Below the pieces are notes generated by a model. The model was not told the origin of the DNA. It ran no database searches and saw only the letters and a program-made list of their open reading frames with translations. Below, piece after piece: positions 54,955 to 64,000 of a stretch of 64,000 bases of DNA. Position 1 is the first letter of the stretch; each line of letters opens with the position of its first letter. Position numbers and translations under genes: made by a program. Source of the DNA: Octopus sinensis (Eukaryota); NCBI RefSeq assembly GCF_006345805.1, contig NC_043005.1:102362001-102426000 (forward strand), written 5' to 3'.

Positions 54955-55827
54955 ACATGATACCCATGTAAAATAACCGAATCACTAGCATTTATGTATC
55001 TTATACCCATAATAGAGGAGATAACAACAGTGAATATATAAGCAAGTGTGCATTTTGCACGAAAAGCCAACATGAGATTTTCTCTCATGGTATCTACTGC
55101 ACTATACTCTAGTCCAATGGAACATCTATGTCTAAGTGGAGATAACAATTACCTCACGGTTTTATTACTGCCCCTGTCGCTAATGTTTATTTTTACCATC
55201 GTGAAGAGAACGTATGCTTCGTAGCTGGGATAGGACGTACGCCATCAGATTTATTGGTCTGTGCTATTTGATCCGTTTCACAGAGGTTCTGAGTTCAAAT
55301 CTTGCTAAAGTCAACTCCCCGTGTCATGACTTCGGACTGGTTTTGTAAAGCACTCATCCAGAAGGTTGCATAAATTTTCATTGTTACGACCCCTGATCGA
55401 CCGAAATGGCAAAGATTTTTTTCGAACTCGTAGGCAATCAGGAAAATCATTGTACATTACTAAATCCCAACATATTTTTATTATGATTGTAGATGAATTT
55501 CTTTTGTGTTTGATCTTTTTTGACCCTAACCAAATCGCAGTATATTTATATAGATAAATGTATATATTTCATGTTTATTGAATGCATAATGCAGGTCTGT
55601 TCTGGTGTTATGATAACATCAAGTGTATTTCTTTATAAGCTCTCTCCAGTTTTGTTCACCAATGCGTGCTTACATGTGTTGCAATGTAACGTGTACCAGA
55701 TAGATTTTTACAAATTTTTATATTTTCTCATTTCCACGGGGAACCTCTAATAATAACAAACTCCGAGTGAAAGTTCGGTAAACAACAACGACGACGATGA
55801 CGACGACCACCACTACCAACGCCCCCT

Positions 55828-55862
<35 letters not shown>

Positions 55863-55890
55863 AAATAATAATAATAACAATAATAATAAC

Positions 55891-55940
<50 letters not shown>

Positions 55941-55941
55941 C

Positions 55942-55974
<33 letters not shown>

Positions 55975-57138
55975 TCATAATAAACTTCCTACATAATTGA
56001 TTTTGAGGTGAGAAAGAAGATGAGAGATGAGATTTAATAATTTCTCTAGAATTATTAGTGTAAAAGTAAAATATAACTAAACGAACCGCATGAGAAAGTT
56101 GAAAGGAAAAAAAAAAAACTGTAGCCACTAAAATTAGAAAAAGTGAAAACAAATAATTTTCCAATTCTCTGTAAGTTTATTAGGAAATAACGTAATAACA
56201 TGTCGGTTTTACGATAAAATCTCGCCTTATTAAAAATCATGGACCAACATAGTTCCGCCACTTATATTAACTTGTGGTTATCAGAAATGATATTAATGAA
56301 TTGCTTTCCTTGGCAGTTAATCACATTCATCCATTTCAAGAAGATATAAAACAAATAAATAATAAATAAATAAATATATAAAATAACGATCCGATCGAAT
56401 TATAATGAATTTTTGGCGTTTCACATATTCGAAGCGGAGCATTACAGGTTCTATCATTAGATTATGTCATATAACGTTTACACATAGAATTTTATATGTA
56501 TCATTATTTTTTGGTTTGTTCTAAACCGAATGACTTAATGCATAGCTAATCAATTTATCTACGAAGATTATGTTTTGTAGTTCATTAAATGCAGTAACGA
56601 TGAAAATAATATGTAATGGTTTCCGTCTCATAAAAATGAAATCAATCTAGTATTGCAGGTTCCAATATACACATATATATAGACCTGGATATACCTGCAT
56701 AGGCACACTTTTCTCAATATATATATGTGTGTGTATGTTTGTGTGTGAGTATATATATAGATTTATATATGTATATTTATAAATTTGTGCATATATGTAT
56801 ATAAATTTATGTATATTTACATGTATGTATATATAAATTGATATATGTAATATATATATATATAAATTTGAATATATATATAAGTATGTAAATATATATT
56901 TATATGTAAATATACATATATATATATATATATACGCATATATACATGAATTTATATAAATATGTAAATATATATATATATATATAAATGTATGTGTATG
57001 TAAATATATATATATATATATGTATATATATAAATCTATATGTATATATAAATATACAAATACATATATAAATTTATATATATATATATAAATGCATAAA
57101 TATATCAATATAAATATATATATATATGTGTATATGTA

Positions 57139-57202
<64 letters not shown>

Positions 57203-57205
57203 AAT

Positions 57206-57600
57206 AGGCGCAGGAGTGGCTGTGTGGTAAGTAGCTTACTAACCAACCACATGGTTCCTGGTTCAGTACAACTGTGTGGCATCTTGGGCAAGTGTCTTCC
57301 GCTATAGCCCGGGCCGACCAATGCCTTGTGAGTAGATTTGGTAGACGGAAACTGAAAGAAGCCTGTTGTATATATATGTGTGTATGTGTGTGTGTGTGTG
57401 TCTGTCCCCCTAGCATTGCTTGACAACCGATGCTGGTGTGTTTACGTCCCCGTCACTTAGCGGTTCGGCAAAAGAGACCGATAGAATAAGTACTTGGTTT
57501 ACAAAGAATAAGTCCTGGGGTCGATTTGCTCGACTAAAGGCGGTGCTCCAGCATGGCCGCAGTCAAAGAACTGAAACAAGTAAAAGAGTAAAAGAGTAAG
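57206..57600 (+). mobile_element. SINE family B, full length
   Basis: Head AGGCGCAGGAGTGGCTGTGTGG through tail GTAAAAGAGTAAAAGAGTA. Confidence 0.92.
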
Positions 57601-57809
57601 AGTATACATATAAATATATACATATATATTTATATATATGTTGTGTATATATAAATATATATAAGTATATATATATATAAATATATATATGTATGTATAT
57701 ATATATACATTTAAACATAATTATATATATGTTTACATATATAAATACATATATATACATACATACATATATTCATACATTCATATATATATATATATAT
57801 ATATACATA

Positions 57810-57990
57810 CAGATCATGAAAACATCATCTTGCTCTTCTCCACATTCGTTAGGCTCCACTTCGAATACTGGTGCCCATTGTGCGCCACAAGTTATAAGAT
57901 CGAAGTACCACAAATATCAATCACAAACAAATGACTAAACAGCTGGAGCTCTATTCTATGCAACACCGCCCTGAGCGATGCATTATTTGC
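57810..57990 (+). mobile_element. Decayed CR1-like fragment
   Basis: [18 protein letters not shown] resembles the CR1 LYxxLVRPHLEY motif. Confidence 0.45.
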
Positions 57991-59570
57991 ACCATGTGGA
58001 AAATATTACACCAATATTATTCAAAGGATATCGGTACTATGTTTACACTTCACCGAAAACAAATTCCCCGTGCAATGCGTCCCCTGCAAAGGTCGAGATC
58101 ACATCACATAATAACATTGCGACACAATTTCTTCACTGCAAATTATCCTGCACTTTTCAATGTTATCTCGAGAAAATTTAAGTTAGAATGAAACCCCACG
58201 ACTTTCGAACATTTCACAAGGCATTGGTCTGCCCGACGCCATAGTAGAGACGCTTCATCAAGGTGCCACGCAATAGGATTGAACCCAGAACCATGTGCTT
58301 GTTAAGCAAGCTATTTACTATACAGCCACTTCTGTGCGTATATATGGTGCATTAAATTAGTTTAAAATGTTGACACAGACTAGGAAATTCGGAGTCGATT
58401 GCATTGAAGCCAATGCTGAACTGCTTCTATCTTATCGACCTTGAAAGAACGAAAAAGAAACTGAATTCGGTGGAATTTGAACTCAGAACGCAATGCCGGA
58501 TTAAATGCCACTAAGTATTTTTCCCGTGTGTTAAAGATTCTGCCAGTTCGCGCCCTTACGTGCGTGTAATGCTGACATCTCTACTAAATGTATCATGTTT
58601 GTGTACATGAGTTGAGGATTAGAAGAAGAGGTGTTTATTTCATCATACAGGAATAACTATTTCGCTGATTTGTAGATGCAACCTTTGGTTTTTAAAATGC
58701 GTAAATAGTATTTCAAATTCATCGTTCTATAACTCAGCAACTCTCTGGTTTCATTTCCAGCATGTTTGTCAAAGTTTTATTAAACAAAACCTGGTAGATG
58801 TAGCTGCATCGTAGATTATACAACGTCATTTATACTTGAAAATGGCTGGCACGAATCAATTGCTTAAGAATATCTTTTAACGTTTGTGGTGTGAGGAAGT
58901 ATATATTACCTAACTATTTTCATTGCAATCATATAGAGATTTCAATGTTTCTATTAAATTATTTACAAAATATAATTTAGGAATCGTTTTAAAACATTAC
59001 TCCTTTGGGTATAACATCTCCGTTTAGATGTACGAATTCAACCGTTTTTATTGAATTTTATTGCAGTCATTTTTCATAGTAATTTCTCAACACTTTCTAA
59101 AGTACACAAACACAAATATAAAAATAAAAACAAGCAATTTGTTATTTTGAAAAAAAAAAGAAATGAAAACAGAAAAGAAAAAATATAGAAACGAAAAACC
59201 ACAATTCGAGTATAAAACAAAACGAAAACAATATTTAAATGAATTATTTGGTTTAAATTATTTTAAGGTAGATGAGAGCAGTGAAATCTTTCTTAATAAT
59301 GGTAATATCCACTGGAGGCGGGGTAAGCATAATATATGATTTGATTTATTATGGTTGTCCTATCTTTGGATAGAAAGATGAGATTTGGATGCAAGGTAAA
59401 CGAAATGTATTTAGATATCGAAAGAAATCGTAATTCAAAAAATAGATTAATGATATCACGCCTCTCATCTCCAGAGATTTCTCTTGCTCTGGCTATTAGC
59501 CAATATTTAAAACTACCTTTTATATTTGTGTAGTCTTTGCACAGACGCAGACTTGCCTTCATAATACAAG

Positions 59571-59601
<31 letters not shown>

Positions 59602-60231
59602 GAAAGACGCAAGCACTCAACCATCTCAAGAACCTCAACCGTATCGATTTCAATCGCGTCCGATGGTCTACGAACACAATGGTGACAACTCATTCGTTTA
59701 TTTAAAATGGGACGTAAGAAAGGAAAGAAATTCTTCCTTCCTCACGCAGATGCAAATCAACCTTACATCATGTTTCTCTTTCACTTCTTCCTAACATTTT
59801 CATTCCAGCTTTCGGGGCAGAATTTTTAGGGAAGTGAGACACTGTTTCGAATCCATGTTCTGACAATTTTCTTATCTTTTGCGGCTTCTTATTTCTCCAT
59901 TCAAATACATAGTGAATATAATCTTACTCATAGATTAAAACTAAAGAAGCAGTGTGTCTTGAGTGGATGACATGTTCAGTATACACACGAAACGCTTAGT
60001 TACCGTTGAACAAACGTAACCAGGTCACCGTGCTACTTCTTTCAGTAAATCTGGTTTTTATCGCACCCCAAAAATAGTAAAATTTGTGTTTTCCTCGATT
60101 TGTCAGATTTTATATAAGATTTCCTAACAAGAGTTTATCAACTTGATAGAGCTTGTACTCCTTCTACTAAAGAGAAATAACACCATTTAAATTGGTGAGT
60201 ACTTATACAACATCAAGAAACTAGTCTGTGT

Positions 60232-60345
<114 letters not shown>

Positions 60346-61234
60346 AACAATAAATTTTCAAGTAACGAATTCTTCTTAGAAAAGCGCATATGCACGATGT
60401 AACTGATAATAAAGTGAGTATAACGAACAACCTCTCTAACTAGTATTTATTGATAACTAAGGCCTATGAGGTTTTGAACATTGGACGAAAGCGCAACGTA
60501 ATTAAAAGTAAATTGCTTTAATGTTTTACCTTACGTAGAATTTGATTTCAGCTATTTGGTAGAAACAAAATTTTCGAAAGAGGGTTACAGTTGACTCACT
60601 CCACTAAAGCATATTGCTATAATTGCATTTTGACGGAGCGAATAACAAAAGAGTTTATACTATTCAATTTTCTACTGAATATTTACGTCCATCACGAATA
60701 TATAGACAGGGCAGATACACAAACAATAATGTACGTATATACGTGCGTATGCGAAGATAATCGTAGCAGTAGATTTCATTGGCATTTTTTAGAGTTCATG
60801 CTTAACAAAGGCTTGCAATAAATTTCATATTTCAAATATGTAAGTTTAGCGTGTGCAACCATGAACTACATCGTGCTGATATAAAAAGCATAGAGAAGAT
60901 TACGATGAAGTTTCGGTCACAATGTCTATTAGATAAGGGGTGCAAATCTTCAAGAAAGAATATGTTCCCAGGAGCAACGGTTGAGTTATTCACTATAGTA
61001 TTGTTCAACAGTACACATTCTACTGAATAGTGCCTTGAATTCTAATATTTTACATTCAAAATTTACATATATCCATATGTCTCTCTCTTTCTCTCTCTCT
61101 CTCTTGGTTACGGGTTCAGTCTCTCAGCGTGGAAAATTGGTTATGGGTCTTCTACTATAGACCCGTGCCAACAAAAGCCTTGTAAGTGGATTTGGTAGAC
61201 GGAAACTTAAACAAACTCGTTATATATATATATA

Positions 61235-62525
61235 CGAGGGACGTTCAATAAGTAATGCCTTTGACCCACTTGCAGTTGGTTGATCTAGCTGAAACTTTGC
61301 ATGTGCAATTATTTATATATCTATAGAGTAAGTGGCAAATTACAGCTCTGAATGAATTGTGGTTTCTGATTTACAGGTGTTTGAACCGAGTCAAGTGTGA
61401 AATGGAGCCTGTTGAGTGTCGAGCAGTGATCCGGTTTTTGTATTTGAAAGGACGCACACCACGGGAGACTTTTGATGAAATGAAAGTAACTTATGGTGAT
61501 GATGCCCCATCATATGACCTTGTAAAACGCTGGCATCGTGAATTCAAACATGGTCGGAACTCTGTGGAAACAGTTCCCAGATCTGGTCGCCCCCTTCTGC
61601 CATTGATGAGGCATCTGTCCGTCAAGTTGAGGCTGCCATTTTGGAAGATCGACGCATAATTATTCGCCAAATAGCCCATGAGGTCAAGATTACTACCGGG
61701 TCTGTGGAAACTATCATTCATGGCCATTTGCATATGCAAAAGGTGTCTGCCAGATGGATTCCCAGGTTGCTCACGCCTTTCCAGAAGCAAGAACGCGTCG
61801 AGTGCTCGAGGGTGAATTTGGAGATGTGCCAAGAAGATGAGTCAAAATTTTTCAAAAGATTGATTACACAGGATGAAACCTGGGTCCATCACGATGATCC
61901 AGAGACCAAAGCCCAGTCAATGCAGTGGAAGCACCGTGACTCACCCCCTCCAAAGAAGGCAAGGGTGCAGCCCTCCGCTGGCAAGGTCATGCTCACAGTC
62001 TTCTGGGACCAGGACGGAGTAGTGATGACAGATTTCCTGGCAAAGGGTACCACAATTGCAGGAGCCTATTATGCTTCACTTTTGAGGAAATTAAGAGAAG
62101 TTATCAAAATCAAGAGGCGGGGCAAGATTAGCAAAGGCATCCTCCTCCTGCAGGACAACGCTCCGGTCCACAACTCGCTTGTCGCCAGATCAGAAGCACA
62201 GGCGTATGGCTATGAACTCCTCCCCATCCCCCCTACTTTCCTGACCTTGAACCCTCTGATTTTCACCTCTTCCCAATCATGAAGTTGTTTTTGAAAGGAA
62301 AGCGTTTCCCAGATGATGCAGCCTTGATTTCTGAAGTCACGTTGAGGTTGGAGGACCAAGCTGGGTTCTTCTACAAAAACAGTCTCCAGAGCCGCATGAA
62401 ACGATGGGAGAAATGCCTAACTCTGAGTGGTTCCTATGTAGAAAATGACTAATAACTGTGCCAAGTTTCGTTGCTCTACTGCTATGGGAAGTGGGTCAGG
62501 GGCATTACTTATTGAACGCCCCTCG
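61235..62525 (+). mobile_element. Full-length mariner DNA transposon (1291 bp)
   Basis: 37-bp TIRs CGAGGGACGTTCAATAAGTAATGCCTTTGACCCACTT, with 3 mismatches to the right end; TA duplication at 61233-61234 and 62526-62527. Confidence 0.96.
61402..62452 (+). pseudogene. Mariner DD34D transposase with two frameshifts
   Basis: MEPVECRAVIRFL...SGRP / WIPRLL...TQDETW...LLLQDNAPVH / HPPYFPDLEPSDF...WEKC...YVEND*. Frameshifts near 61595 and 62222. Confidence 0.93.
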
Positions 62526-62534
62526 TACATACAT

Positions 62535-62720
62535 CTATATCTATAAAATTCACTGTGTGTGTATGTGTGTTTCCCCTATGCACGGCCAAACCGCTGGATA
62601 AATCTGTACCAAATTTGCTATGGAGGTCTTTCATTACTTGTGGAAGGTTCTAGGACTAGCGGTCAAATTTTGGTACTTGCCCAGATAGGGATCTGTAGCC
62701 ACACACCCTTACGGCCCTTC
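62535..62720 (+). mobile_element. Helitron-like 5' fragment
   Basis: A|TCTATATCTATAAAA...(TG)n...AACCGCTGGATAAATCTGTACCAAATTTG has the same architecture as the other Helitron 5' ends; no 3' end found. Confidence 0.4.
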
Positions 62721-62898
62721 CGATTTTTTCAGCGGTATAATATTGTTTCAATTATATTCTTTCACTTTCAATAAGGCTATAATATTGTTTCACTTCCTGA
62801 GCGAGTTCCTGTAATTTTATGATTATAATGCATTTATCCTGGTTGGAAGGAGACAATGTATTCGTAGGGTCATGCTTGATCATGTACCTATGTATATA

Positions 62899-63286
62899 AA
62901 TTCTTTTCTACTCTAGGCACAAGCCGAAAATTTTGGAGGAGAGGGCCAGTCGATTAGATCGATCCAGTACTTGTACTTAATTCATCGACCTCGAAAAGAT
63001 GAAACGCAAATTCGATCTCGGCGGAATTTGAACCCAGAACGTAGCGGCAGAAGAAATACCTATTTCTTTACTACCCACAATGGGCTAAACACAGAGAGGA
63101 CAAACAAGGACAGACACACGAATTAAGTCGAGTATATCGATCCCAGTGCGTAACCGGTACTTATTTAATCGACCCCGAAAGGATGAAACGCAAAGTTGAC
63201 CTCGCTGGAATTTGAACTCAGAAAGTAGCTGTAGACGAACTACCGCTAACGCCCGGTGTCCTAACGTTTCTGCCAGCTCGCTACCT
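62899..63286 (-). mobile_element. Chimeric SINE family A dimer with two different tails
   Basis: Junction GAAATAC|CTATTTC at ~63060; the distal unit has a different tail (…CCTAGAGTAGAAAAGAAT). 14-bp TSD TACCTATGTATATA at 62885-62898 and 63287-63300. Confidence 0.85.
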
Positions 63287-63374
63287 TACCTATGTATATA
63301 TATTATATTTACATACATATACAGGTACACACATATATATGCATATATATAAACACACTCCTTGCAAATGTGGG

Positions 63375-63419
<45 letters not shown>

Positions 63420-64000
63420 TTGTTTGTGTGTGTGTGTCTGTGTCTGTGTCTGTGTCTGTGTCTGTGTGTTTGTGCGTCAGTGTCTGTGTGTGTATGTGTG
63501 TGTGTATTTAGACTGTATTACGTATCTTCTCAAGTTTACAAAAAGATAAAGCAGCACATTTCTTTTGAAAATACTTTTAATTTGCAACCTGAAATGGCCA
63601 CTGACTTAACACTACTCGTCTAACTAAAAAAGGATTACCCATTGGATGTATTTGTGAGAGGAGTGTTTAGATTTTATGTCAAGTTTAGTACGTAATGGTG
63701 TACGCAGAGTGTCTTTATTTATATTTGTGCATTTTTATGTGGTAATGTGTGAGATATGTTATAGACATGTTCATGAGTATAGGGTAAGTTTGCTTAAGTT
63801 TGTGTGGACAAACTAGCTTTATTTCAATGTCTATGAAGTTGGTTTATTTGAATTCGCTCTGTATTTAAAATTGTTAAGCTGATTATTAATGGTGCCAACA
63901 TAAGAAAAGAGCAAATATGTGAGGCATAAACATTTTTGTTAATGCATTTTTCATTTGATGGTCAGTTAGGGATACATGGTGCTGAATAGAGTTGCTTTTA

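Noticed and set aside
59268-59322. Plus-strand exon candidate VDESSEIFLNNGNIHWRR with donor GGG|GTAAGC
   Set aside because: Weak polypyrimidine tract, no linkable neighbouring exon and no recognisable homology.

Overview
AT-rich, repeat-dense eukaryotic DNA that looks intronic or intergenic. The repeat families resemble those I recall from Octopus/cephalopod genomes; this is an inference, not a database result. Most ORFs in the supplied track are translations of microsatellites ((TA)n, (CA)n, (TAA)n, (AAG)n, (TCTA)n) or antisense frames of transposons. Supported content: (i) several tRNA-headed SINE families, one forming fixed-junction head-to-tail arrays inside single target-site duplications (TSDs); (ii) decayed LINEs (Tx1/L1, two RTE families, CR1, and R4/Dong-like copies in (TAA)n); (iii) a full-length mariner with TIRs, TA TSD and a frameshifted DD34D transposase; (iv) two non-autonomous Helitrons in inverted orientation; (v) Penelope-like remnants, namely a GIY-YIG fragment, type I hammerhead ribozyme motifs and long fold-back palindromes; (vi) a few candidate spliced exons and one candidate regulatory cluster. 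No host gene could be named. The most interesting signals are a perfect 140-bp palindrome carrying a complete hammerhead on each strand (47989-48128) and a SINE whose preferred target (GGTAT) lies in its own head, so it appears to insert into itself.
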